From: Nitrospirales bacterium
Lineage (GTDB): Bacteria; Nitrospirota; Nitrospiria; Nitrospirales; UBA8639
Direction: 5' to 3'
Assembly: GCA_965203295.1 (NCBI GenBank)
Contig: CBDBCZ010000018.1
Location: forward strand, 192,001-256,000
DNA: 64,000 nt
Part shown: positions 1-11,835 of the stretch, one piece after another
Layout: each line of letters starts with the position of its first letter
Position numbering within the stretch: the first letter of the stretch is position 1
The notes under the pieces: model-generated
Databases searched by the model: none
What the model saw: only the letters and a program-made list of their open reading frames with translations
What the model was told of the DNA's origin: nothing
Made by a program: the position numbers and the translations under genes

Positions 1-1711
1 CACCCCCTGAAACGCTGCTCCTGTGGAAAGTGCAGTGGGGGTGAACTCAAATGCCCTGGGAAGCCCTACAATGCCAAGAACCCCCTCACTTGTCCCTTTC
101 ATAGTTTGGCCTACCAAATTGAATGTGAGAAACGGGCTTCCCAGAGCAATGTACTCGTGCATGCCATCCTTGGTAGAGGCCACACCAATCAGGTTGAAGC
201 AGCTCATGGTGTTTTCACAAAATTCAGGGCCAAGGATCTGAATTTACAGCGCTTACATTACAATGTGTTGACAGACTTGGCCCTTATGCAAAGCAACATG
301 ACCTGGCTCTTCCAGAAAAAGGGCCCACAGTACCACTGGCTTCTCGACCTGTTTGAACGAATGGGACTGCCGATACTAGCTGGTATGCCAGAGGCTCTAA
401 AGCTTTTTAATCACGAGAGCCAGTAAACTGAAACGCAGTAAAACAAAAGAGGCAAAGATGAAGAGAAGCCAGTCTAAAAGCAAGCATAGGGAAGAAAAGC
501 AGCAGCAAAGGCAGGCCTGGGGTAAAGAGCAAAAATTAATGCACTATTATGGTCCAGAACAACTGGATGATGATAGTCTGTGCACGCCCACCAGAACCAG
601 AAAGGGTCGATCCAGGAAGATCCTTTCTGATGCTGGTAGTGAAGCAAGTGGTGCTGGTAAACAGCCTTGTAGGTGTGGCTCACTGGCTCATTCCCGAACC
701 AGTCATCGGGACTGCCTTATGAATAAGCGCAATGCTGCTGCTGTGGGCTCATGCACTCCGGTCATCACCACTGCAGACAGCGATGATGACATCAGTAGTG
801 CTGTTCATGAGCTCGTAGAGTATGACTTTTCAGGTTGTGAAGAGGGTGGATATTGCAGTGACGAACTGGGTAGTGGTGACGACAGTAGTGACATTAGTGA
901 TGAGGGGGAATGTACATGTGGAGGAGAGTGAACCCACAGTCGCTCTTGTCCCGCCAATCCATGTAATGTTGGCAATAGGACAGGGGGTGTGAGCTCCTCT
1001 GTAGCAAGAGCCCAGAGCTCCTCTGTAGCAAGAGCCCAGAGCTCCTCTGTAGCAAGAGCCCAGAGCACCTCTTTAGCGAGAGCCCAATCACCCTCCTCAG
1101 ATTGCCTGGACTCTGAAGGTGAGGGCATAGTGCATTGCAAGAGCCCCAAAACTTTTGCAATCACTGGCACACCTACACCTACTTGGAAGGATGATGCCAT
1201 GGCCTTCCTGGCTACCTTGGTGCATGAGCATGAAGATGTCAGACCAGTAGAGTGTCAGGAAATAGCCCCCCACATTCGTGACAGCATAAGACCAGATGGT
1301 AACTGCTTGTACAGAGCCATCTCCAAACAAGTCACCGGTAGTCAGCACAATCACATGGCACTGCGCCTGGCTATGATTCAGTTCATGCTGCACAATGAGC
1401 ATGCTGTAGCCGTAGCACGCCTTATGAATGTGAAGTTCCGTGGTGATGTTCTGGATGACCACGAGAGAAAAAGGCGTACTGTAGCTGCCTTGCATTTCGT
1501 GTCATTGCCACTATGCTTCAACTGGAGATATTCACCTTCAGTGGAAGTAGTAAGGGTCAACGTCGTTGGGTACATTTTCTGCCAGTATTTTCAAAACCCT
1601 CCTGTATGCCCATGTATGGTTACAAAATATTCCTGTATCACAACCGTTCTGGTGACCACTATTATTGGGTGATCCCCGGTCAATAGAATAGGTCAAGACT
1701 GTTCAGTGTAA
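1..1711 (+). pseudogene. 3' part of a Mutator-like transposase gene with Cys/His knuckles and a C-terminal OTU-like protease domain (frameshifted)
   Basis: GHTNQVEAAHGVFTKFRAK resembles a MULE catalytic-E helix. Knuckles CRCGSLAHSRTSHRDC and CTCGGExTHSRSCP. OTU motif RPDGNCLYRAIS near 1290 and, in another frame, IFLYHNRSGDHYYWV near 1630-1670. Frameshift near 426, stop at 929-931, 24-bp coding repeats at 990-1085. Confidence 0.55.
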
Positions 1712-1734
1712 CTAATGTACCTGCATCTGATTTT

Positions 1735-1975
1735 CCCTGGTCGAATGTCCCAGGTGCTGAAGGTCTGTTGTTTTCCTGGTGTACATCTTAAATATCCCAG
1801 GTGATGGTCTGTTGTTTCCCTGGTTTCGTGCTAGACGTCCCAGGTGAAGGTCTGTTGTGTTTGGTTGACGTGTTAGACGTCCCAGGTGTCCTGGTGTACA
1901 TCTTAAATGTCCAAGGTGAAGGTCTGTTGTTTTCCTGGTTTCGTGCTAGACGTCCCATGAGAAGGTCTGTTGTGG
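1735..1975. repeat. Degenerate ~43-bp tandem repeat
   Basis: About 5 copies of gtcccaggtgaaggtctgttgttttcctggt...agac. Confidence 0.75.
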
Positions 1976-2140
1976 TCTGCCTTTTAGCTCTTTTAGGGGT
2001 AGCCCTCACCTTTATTGTGGGTTGTAACACGAACGGTCGATCCGCTAAAGACGTAATCGTGCGTAATCGTTACCAACCAATGACACATATATGCGTCATG
2101 AGCTCCCATAAGCCCATATGAATTTATATGGGGGTTTTAA

Positions 2141-2790
2141 CCCTTTGAGCGCGGTACTTGATTATTCATAACTTCCGCGTCACGCGGAAGCTAATTTAAT
2201 TTTTGTCTACGTTGCATGTGCTCGCAGTTATGTAGAGTTGTAGGCTATTTTCTGTGCTGAACGGCAACACTGGAAGCCAGGGAGTGTAAAGCTATCGTTG
2301 TTTAGTGTGTAGCTGGTGTACTAAAGTCCCTACTAATGCAGAAGAGCGAATACAAACGGCAGCACTAAAGCTAACCTTGGTAGTCGCCATGTGTCTGTCC
2401 CCTCATCTACAGTGGTGAGTCGCTTCTGTTACTTCGTGCCGGTTCTATTACTAAGTGCTGGATCTGTACCTAAGGCCTCATGCTCTGACTGCAGCCATAC
2501 TCAGCGTTTTTGGCTTCAAAAGCCTTGTAGACGCTACCCGCGCCTTTGCCGCGTACTAACTGTGCTACACAACTAAGCGTCAAGTGAACGCTTCGAACGA
2601 CTTGTGACGGGGGTGGAGCTTTAGATCGATTGCTAAAGACCGTGGGGTTTTCCCCCTAAAGTGTCATGCGTGCCATAAAATTGGAAGGGTCTGACCCGTA
2701 GCACTTATTACGGCGAGCGTATATATACGCTCGCCGCGATACGCGGAAGTAATTTTTGAGCGTATATATACGCTCGCCGCGTTCAAAGGG
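2141..2790. mobile_element. piggyBac-type MITE, family A, copy 1
   Basis: TTAA at 2137-2140 and 2791-2794. TIRs CCCTTTGAGCGCG / CGCGTTCAAAGGG. Near-identical copy at 10654. Confidence 0.95.
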
Positions 2791-3784
2791 TTAATACTAG
2801 GCGTTAATACTTTGTACAAGCTTTTCTGCTTCTTTAAGCAGTTTCTTATGGTCAGTAAAGGGTTAATTAAAACGTGTAAAACGTGTTCACACCGATTGGT
2901 TGTACAGCTTATTTTACGTATGCGCATGCGCATTCTATTGCGTGCATGGCTTTGAAAGCAAGATACAGAGCTGACAGCTGTTAAGGACATACCTGGGTCA
3001 GCAGCTAACAGATCAGGTCCTGGAGCTTCTAGAGAAGAGAGAGGTTCTTAGGGAGCTAAGCCAGGGAGGGGACAGTAGAATGAGCAGTAAAATAATATTA
3101 TACTATGGTACGCTACACTACTGGTGATTTTACCGCCTATTCTACTTACAGACCATGTCGCAACTAAAAGTGGTAAGTCACCTCATCAATTCCCACACCC
3201 ACTGTAACTTTATTGGTGGGTCTCATCTCTTATTAACACAGGGAGATTCTGTGAAGTTTGGGGGGATAAAACTGGGACTGTAAGTTACATGACATCGTCC
3301 TAAATAACCAGTACCTGTTTTCATAATATTATACCTGTATGCTGTAGATTTCCGATTTTATACCACGCCATACTAATGCGGTCATAAAAGTGGAAGCTGC
3401 GGGGGGCTCAAAAGTCCCACCACTCCGTTCCAGTGAGCTCACTCGAACCTCGTAAGTTGTTATGTATACCTCTGGTTCTGTATAACCCTGAGATGATTCC
3501 AATGACACCACACCTACATACAGTAACACCTCCCGCCAAACCCACTGCAGTGGGTGAGTTAGGGCAGTTTACTGAAGAGTAGAATGAAAGTAGAATGGCA
3601 GTAGAATGAACAGAGGCATGGGTAGTTAGAATGGAAGAATAGTGGTTCCCTGGCATAGAAGCTGGCGGTGGACAGTTTTCATTAGGTGGGACTATTCCAA
3701 GTCTCTTAACTGTGTTATATAGATTAAATTAACATTGCAAGATGTATAGACGACTACTGTCTTGTTATGCTGAATGCAGCTTAA

Positions 3785-6725
3785 CCCTTTATACGCGAGA
3801 AATTACGAGGAAATTCCTGTAATACGATAAAATTATTAGCGTCTGATATTCACGTGCGCGTGTTGGAGACCATGCCGTTTTACTTGAGTTTGCGCTTGTT
3901 TGACGATGTACTCACCCGTTCCGAGACTGGAGAAGGATCGAGGTATGCCAGGCCGTGGATACTGACGGCCTCTAAACCTTGAAGTCCATGATTATCGATC
4001 ACTGAGGCGGCATATAGGTAAGCGTACGGGGTGGGATGGCAATACGAGCTAGATACGCAGCGCCATATGAGCGCTTCTGCTTAAATAGCTTCTAGCAATG
4101 CCCTACTGGTGTTTCTTAGCAACTAGTATAGTGTTCTGTACCAGTATCATAGTCATAGCAGAAGGTTATGTAGCGTGAATCGAAGTTTCTATCACTAGAC
4201 CTAGATTACAAGTTAGCATGTTGAATATGTACATAAACTACAATGACCAAACCATGGTAAACTACTTAGACAGAAGGTGGTGATACATATTTGGTGTGGT
4301 AGAGGTAGAAACAATCCTCCTGTGTACCATTGTGGCAGAAGAAGTGGCCACAATCTTGGCAAAACCACTTGGGGTCATGCCTCTCCTTCCTATACAGGTG
4401 GCAGTAATGACACTGGTGATTTTTGTCAGATCCACGTACAGGAAAGCGAGCCGGGCAAAACTTCTTTGATGCCTGCTGATTGGTCGGCGACTTGAGCGTT
4501 TGCGGCTGCAGTAGCCTCCAATGAGTTCTTTGGCAAGAGCGACTCGAAATGTCTTGATGTCGGTGATGGCAAGGTCAGTGTGGCAAGGTCAGTGTGTTTA
4601 CATAGGATGTATGCATTTGTGATGGCCAGATCGAATATGAACCAAAATATATACTTATAGTACTTCCTACACTTTAGTCGTACGTGATAATAGCCTCGTA
4701 ATTGATCGTTGTGATCTACTCCTCCCATATATTGATTGTACAGTGCTACTGAGGCCGGTGATGTGACCGATACTCGGCTACCATCTTTCTGCTTCCGGGC
4801 AACAGTCATGGACAAGGTGGGGTCACTGTTTGTTGCAGCAACAACGACAGGTTTACTGTCATACAGTAAGTCATGTTCTCATACTGCCAGGTCTTCGAGT
4901 GTCCTCTCTGAAAAGCCCTTCTTTGCAACTGCTTTCAAATCAGCAGGACAACCTTTCCTATTGATACGGAGAGTGCCGCAGCCATAGATACCTGCCTTGA
5001 GGAGCTTTAGCAGGAGGGACATACCGTTAAAGTAATTATCAAAGTACACATGGTGATACAAGTTTGTCAGCTGCTGGGTGAGGGTAATGACCACATTGCT
5101 ACCTAGGCCAGCCTCTACTCTATCTCCTTCCTTCCCAGTGTACACAAAAAATTCCGATATGAAGCCATTTGTACTGTCTGCCCTTGCCCAGATCTTAAAA
5201 TCCTCTCTTTACTGGCTTCTTGGGCATGAACTATTTCATGGAGGAGCGTCCTTTAAATGGTATCATGGCCTCATCAATACTTACTTCTTTGTGGGGATGG
5301 TAGAGCATCAAGAGCCGCTCATTGATCATGTCAATTATTGGCCGGATCTTTCCAAGGCGGTCGTAGCCATCAGCACCGAGAGCAGCTAGTGTGGAGTTAT
5401 CAGCGAAGTGGAGGTAGCGTTGGATGTCAAAGAAACGATCTCTGGTGATTCTGCTCGCTATTGGTGCATAGTGAAAAATTTCGTCCCTTTTCCAATAGTC
5501 AGCCAGTGATGGTAGCTTGACTACACCCATCAAGATCATGAACCCCATGAAAGCCTTCATCTCCTCGATGGTAATCTGTTGCCATGTGTCAAATCTGTCC
5601 CCCATACACTGTGAGGCGTACTGGTTGGACTGATCGACAATCCACTGGAGGATGGCAGTGGTAAAGATGAGAAGGAAAGTCTCCAGCGGGCTGCGGGGAA
5701 TCAGGAGTGTGGGTCCGACGTGCTTGGTGAATGGACGGACTGTGACGGGGCTCAGGTTTGTTGACCAGTTTATGGTACTTATGCTGAAATTGTGTGTGTG
5801 TGAATGTGTGCGTACGTGTGTGTGCATGCATATGCATGCACCCAAGTCATACATGGTAGATTTGGTGTATGTCTGTATAAGTGTATGTATGTGTGCGTAC
5901 ATGTGTTGGTGTGTATGTATGTATGTGTGTATGCATGTACATGTATGTGTGTGTATGCATTGGTGACCTTGCAAGTGCCTGTAAGATGCACACGTCCACA
6001 CTTGTGCCTATCACGGCATGAACATGCAGACTATTTACATGTACCTGGTGTCCATGGGTATCAAGGGGTCTGCCGTACCAGTAGTGGTCCTGTACAAACA
6101 GTGCATTATATGTAATGCAAGGCTTTTGTTTACTTGTGCTCCAATATTCACTTACATCTCAATCTCATTCTCTTCCTCTCTCTCAGCCTCATTCTCTTCC
6201 TCGCTCTCAGACCTATCACCTCGTACCACTACCTCCTCAAACCCAAGCTCATCATCACTCCCTGGGAACATCACATCATCCAGGCCATCGTCATCCATGT
6301 AGTCATCCTCACTGTCGGAGTGAAGGAGGCCAACCACATCCTCTGCTGTCAGGAAGGCTCTATCTACTAGAGCTCTCTGCCATCCTATAATTAATTTTGA
6401 TTACAAAGTGCATTGATTTGATGTTATTCATTGCGCATGCTGCAAAGTAGTGGGTGGGGCTGACCTTGGCCGTGGCACGGAGAATCTCGGGGAAAAAGAA
6501 ACGCTGTGTAAACGCAGGTAAGTGAAGTCTCTCGAGCGTACGCTGTGTAAAAGAACTACTTGATAGCCAATACAGCCGTTACTGTGTGCGCAAAGCGGCA
6601 GCTGCCCGTATGAGTGTGCTTGAGCGCGTTAAGTGCGAGGTAGTGGCTATGACGACTATAGTCGTCATTCGTAGTTAACGTAATGTTATTCATGACGACT
6701 ATAGTCGTCATTCGGGTATAAAGGG
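3785..6725 (-). mobile_element. Full-length degenerate piggyBac transposon
   Basis: TTAA at 3781-3784 and 6726-6729. TIRs CCCTTTATACGCGA / CCCTTTATACCCGA. Palindromes ATGACGACTATAGTCGTCAT near the 5' end. Confidence 0.95.
4265..6383 (-). pseudogene. piggyBac transposase (DDE_Tnp_1_7 type), spliced and frameshifted
   Basis: Acidic N-terminus, GT donor at 6155, VSIDEAMIPFKGR, HVYFDNYF, YNQYMGGVDHNDQ, Cys-rich tail. Multiple stops and frameshifts. Confidence 0.92.
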
Positions 6726-9130
6726 TTAATTCATTCACTTGCGAAGCCCCACAATGTCCTGCATTAAATTAATCAGATGCACATTCACTCGCGAAGGCTC
6801 ACCCCTGTGTTATAAACTAGTTTTTATCTTCTTTTAGGTATCATGTATTATTACAGAAATGTCTTCATTATTCCATCCACCAGGCAGACCAGACTTTGGC
6901 TGTTTGGTCTACCTGGTGGATGGAACGTACATACTGAGCATTATTGTATATTGTTTTCTTTTGCACTTAGGCCACAGGCTACGTGATATATCACGACAAA
7001 GAAAATGGTGTAATAAGCGTGAAGTGCTACGGATATGCAGCAGTTAATTCTAGGGAATCATTGTCATTGCACTTTGTACACCAACTTATTCCATTTGTTG
7101 GAGCCTTAAGTAGTACATTCTCTAAATCCATCTGTTGGTGGAGAGTAGAATGGATAATCTGTTGCATTTCTACTGCTTGGCGTTATCCCGAGTACACAGT
7201 TTTGAGTGTCTTGATCTGATCTTTTTTGCTGTTTGGCTCATGAGCCTCTTTCTGGTCTTTTTTTGCCTGTTCCAGTCAGGCCATGTGGCTCAAGCTCCTT
7301 CACATACTCTCTCTGATCAGTAGTATATCCTCATTTTGGTATATTACTTCAGTGGCCATGCCATCCCAGTTTATGTCCCATGGACGCTATATCAAAACAC
7401 AACAAACCAACCAGTAGCTAAGTGCAGCATGCATGTGTTTGCTTACTGGGCATAATAAAATTTAGCCTCTGAACTTCTGCCCTTAGATGTCTGTTGTCTT
7501 GGTATTGTTCTTGTAATAATTGGTGTCACCGTTCCACCTGCCTCTAGTTTGATATATAATGCACAGAGGACCGACCACACTCACACACACTTTGATTGTG
7601 TACATGTACAGTGTACGTGTAAACACTATGTACTATATACCTACATACCTCTTCAACACAGCTGTCGTTCAGGGCAGGTAGATGTGGTATGAGGCACACA
7701 TCCTGGTACAACCTGATCCTCCACTGTTACTGTACTGTCCTTGTGGAGTTCAGTGGGGGCTTAATCTTCTAATTTGCATGTCCAGACCCTCCAGTGGCAA
7801 GTGGGTGGAGGGTAAGCTTTGGAGACCTTGCACTTGCAGCTGTCTGTTGTACTGTCCAAACAGCAGCTGTTCAGCTACATAGATTACAAATAGGCTTCTT
7901 TGTGGGAAAATGTTCAGAGGGTGGCAAGGCTAGATTTTAACACTTGTGCAGTGTGTGTATAGCTGCCGTCTGAAGTTCACCTCTGAAACTAGCTGTTGTG
8001 CCCTACTTAAGACTTAGAGTAAATTGCTGGTTGTAGTAATTTCAGTATAGGATACATGCATGTAAATAAATCACTCAATTAATCAATGAAAGTTGAGCTA
8101 AAGTGGTGATTGGTGGAGGTGGTGGTGAGGGTGGCGGTGATAATGGCTGAGGTGGTCGCGACATAGGAGCTGGCGGTGGACAGTTTTCATTAGGCGGGAC
8201 TATTCTGTCCAAGTCTCTCAACTGTGATATAGAAAGAATAATCATATCATCGCTTACTATTTGGGTTAATTCCCTTTCCTTAAATTCTCTTGCTTGAGCC
8301 ATAACAATGGGTCAATCCCTCCTTAAATCAAAGTTTATCAAACACATAATAATCCGAATGGTAGCTGCACCAGGTAAGCATTGAACATGAAGTCAGCAGG
8401 AAATCGGTGTGTTTCACAATTTTGTTTATGACCCTTCCAGCGACATTGTAAACAGGTATGGCTATTGTTAAAGCGGTAACTCCCGTTCATACATTATTGA
8501 GAAGTCTTCGTTTCCAACTGGCAGACCAAATAGAACGTCGGGGATAGAGCAACTGTCAGTCTGTCTAAATTTCTGTCGGCAAAATCCGTCCCAATCCGGC
8601 ACTGTGCGCGGCGCGTAGGGTTCAGAAAACAGTCTGCACACATCCAGCAATCATCTTTTCAGTTTGTGACAGTTCAAGTCTTGTAATACCACCGCTACGC
8701 GAAGGAAAAACGCTAATGTCTGTAGCCGCTTCTGTGCACACGAGGTCTCACGGAAATAAATTAGGTAACGTGATCGTCGTCGCGACGCAATTTCCGGTGT
8801 TAATGGGTTACAAACATAATAAGAAGCTATTAAACAGACAATCCCGTCCACCGGCATCTCACCTTAGAGAATTTCTTCATTCTCGGCACACACCACCATC
8901 TGGGACAGAGCCCCAGCATCTGTGAACACGACCAGCCGGGGGTCCAGAATGGGCGATTCGAAATGGCCTTTGATGCTGCCAGTTGCCTATATGTAACGGG
9001 AATTGAATTGGTCTACTTTTAAGCACTATACACAAGTGACTGCATGGTGTTATTTGAGCTGCTGCATGTATTAATAGACACTATGCAGACATTCAAAAAT
9101 GCACAAGCCTGAGAAGCCCTCTTATCTTGT

Positions 9131-9161
<31 letters not shown>

Positions 9162-9307
9162 GTGTAAAAGGAACAAGACTGCTAAAGAAACTTTAAAGTA
9201 AGGCCTTTGTTCGAGGCTATAATGGCTAAATGTGACAAAAAAACAAGCCTCCATTCTCGCACAATCATTAAACGCAGGCTACTACACATTCATTTAGTTA
9301 AACTTAC

Positions 9308-10540
9308 TGGGGAGACCACAACCACACTGTGGGTTGGGGGTTTATGGTGGACGCCATTCACAATTCTCTGTAGCACCATCAACTCATCGCCGAATGATGG
9401 TGCACCATCCACTTCTACCCCCGCCAATGCAGTGCACACTTCCTGCCATTTCTTCAGTGTCATCTCCTTCACCCCTGGCATCAATTGGTTGAATTCATAC
9501 AGCGACTGTGGAAAGTAGTGTACAAACACATCAACAGCTTTATACACGCAAGCTATAGGTCAAAATTGTTCAAAGCAGAACTGTATAACCACAAGGAATA
9601 TATGGCTTTAAACATTCTAGGGAAAAGATGTAAGTATCTAACTACTAAGCCCTAGCACATGCACAGAAAAATGTTTTCAGAATAAAGTGCTGGTAATTTA
9701 AGTACTTCATTCATATCATACCCATTTTGGAGACCCAAAGGCAGGATAAGTCTGTAGAATCTGGCTGATCGAAAGAGACGTTTTCAGCCACACCTGTTGC
9801 TGTGGCCGAGTGGCTTCCAGGAGGCTCTGCACACTGGAGGAGGTTGCCGCAGTCTTTTCCGAAAACAATTGCTGCAGGGCTTCCACGTCTTCATCGTAGT
9901 CCTCCTTATCCGGTTCATTGGCCATGAGCACTGGCTCTGCCACCCCAGGTGGCAGTTGGAGGCCCTGCAACTTCAGCGATTTTGCAGCGGAACAGTTTCT
10001 GCGGACATTTCTGTACCGCTGCATGATCTGGGACTTCAGTGTGGATTATAAAAGTTGAGACACCTGGTAAATAATTTAACCAAGTACCAGTACCTATCAG
10101 TTACTACACATTTCCCGAATTGCAGTACCCACACAATGTGAATAGTAGTGCCAGTACGAATATAGTGATACGACATAAAGGCATGATTTTACCACTTTGA
10201 AGAGTACCCCCACATGGTATTCAATATAGCAACAATAGTGACATAATCGTACCAGCCATATTGCAGCATAAACAATGAGTAGAGCAATGTTTTGAGCCTC
10301 ATGTTATTATTATACTTACCCAGTAGTAGGTCCCCGTCTTTCAGCATGGGGAATGCCTCCAGTAGTGCCCTTGCAATGGCACTGTAGTCATCCTCCAATG
10401 GCCTCGCGAGGATTGGCTCAAAGTGAGCCACACACTCTTGAACAAAGGCTGACCTCTGCTTGTGCTCCCGTTTTGATTGCAGCCTGGGTCCTTAGTCTGA
10501 AGTACGGTAGAACAATCTTTGCCTTGTTGAAGATTCGTTT
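9308..10540 (-). pseudogene. Three exons (10540-10320, 10063-9722, 9552-9308) of a SAMD3-like, transposon-accessory-type protein gene
   Basis: Canonical AG/GT borders. Motifs DDYSAIARALLEAFPMLKD, QRYRNVRR and ILQTYPAF. A frameshift and a stop are present. Family assignment by recall only. Confidence 0.45.
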
Positions 10541-10653
10541 CTGGAAGTTACATAAAAAGCATACAGAAAGAAGTTGAGAATACAGAATTGGTATGACACA
10601 ACGGTTCCATTTACTGTCACACCTGCAGTAATTATGTTCAAATTGTAGTTTAA

Positions 10654-11239
10654 CCCTTTGAGCGCGATACTTGATTATTCATAACTTCCGCGTCACGCGG
10701 AAGCCAATTTAATTTTTGTCTACGTTGCATGTGCTCGCAGTTTTGTCGAGTTGTAGGCTATTTTCCGTGCTGATCGGCAACACTGGAAGCCAGGGAGTGT
10801 AAAACTATCGTTGTTTAGTGTGTAGCTGGTGTACTAAAGTCCCTACTAATGCAGAAGAGCGAATACAAACGGCAGCACTAAAGCTAACCTTGGTAGTCGC
10901 CATTTTCGTGTGTCTGTCCCCTCAACTACAGTGGTGAGTCGCTTCTGTTACTTTGTGCCGGTTCTGTTACTAAGTGCTGGATCTGTACCTAAGGCCTCGT
11001 GCTCTGACTGCAGCCATACTCAGCGTTTTTGGCTTCAAAAGCCTTGTAGACGCTACCCGCGCCTTTGCCGCGTACTAACTGTGCTACACAACTAAGCGTC
11101 AAGTGAACGCTTCGAACGACTTGTGACGGGGGTGGAGCTTTAGATCGATTGCTAAAGACCGTGGGGTTAAAGTGTCATGCGTGCCATAAAATTGGAAGGG
11201 TCTGATGAGCGTATATATACGCTCGCCGCGTTCAAAGGG
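10654..11239. mobile_element. piggyBac-type MITE, family A, copy 2
   Basis: TTAA at 10650-10653 and 11240-11243. Same TIRs and body as 2141-2790, with small internal deletions. Confidence 0.95.
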
Positions 11240-11259
11240 TTAATGTAACCAGTGATACA

Positions 11260-11560
11260 TACATGGCAGGATGATGGCTACAGGGCTCGTATCACAACAT
11301 ACTGAAGGCACACTCTGTTCAGCCAGTGCCTTCCCTTTCGGAGGACTCTCCCTCTCTTGGCTCAAGCTCTCCTAGTTTATATTGCAGAATTGTAAATCAA
11401 TGTAACTAGCAATACATACACTGCAGGATTAGCTTCAAGTACATGTGGACCTTCATGACGGCTACAGGGATCTATCAAAACTTACTGAAGGCAGATTCCG
11501 ATCAGCCAGTGCCTTCCTTTTTGGAGGACTCTCCCTCTCTTGGCCCAAGCTCTTCCGTTT
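11260..11560. repeat. Diverged ~180-bp tandem duplication
   Basis: ggctacaggg...cagccagtgccttcc...ggaggactctccctctcttggc occurs twice. Confidence 0.75.
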
Positions 11561-11835
11561 TCTTCGGTTCTATAAGTATTCAAAGGTTGTAAATAGGTAA
11601 CACCAGCAACAGGTTTTGCCCACCTTATTATTATGTCACTGGCAAGCTTGTGATCGTGCCATTAGCATTCTTCCCTTTCTATTATTACATCAGAGAACTT
11701 GTCTCGTCTACAGGCCCTTCAGTGTCCGCATATTTGTTGTGAAGCTTGGCAGGCTTACTAACAGGTTAGGCACGAACAAGTTGAACGGGACACTTCAACA
11801 TCACAGTATAGTTAAAGTAGATATTTATGATGACA

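Noticed and set aside
2391..2576. Same 61-aa ORF in both family A MITEs
   Set aside because: Explained by recent copy identity; non-ATG start and no domain.
2851..2866. Orphan piggyBac-like end TAAAGGG-TTAA
   Set aside because: No partner TIR identified in the window.
5589..6115. His/Thr- and Cys/Val-rich ORFs (also 33459-33683)
   Set aside because: Translations of CA/TG low-complexity tracts inside piggyBac genes.
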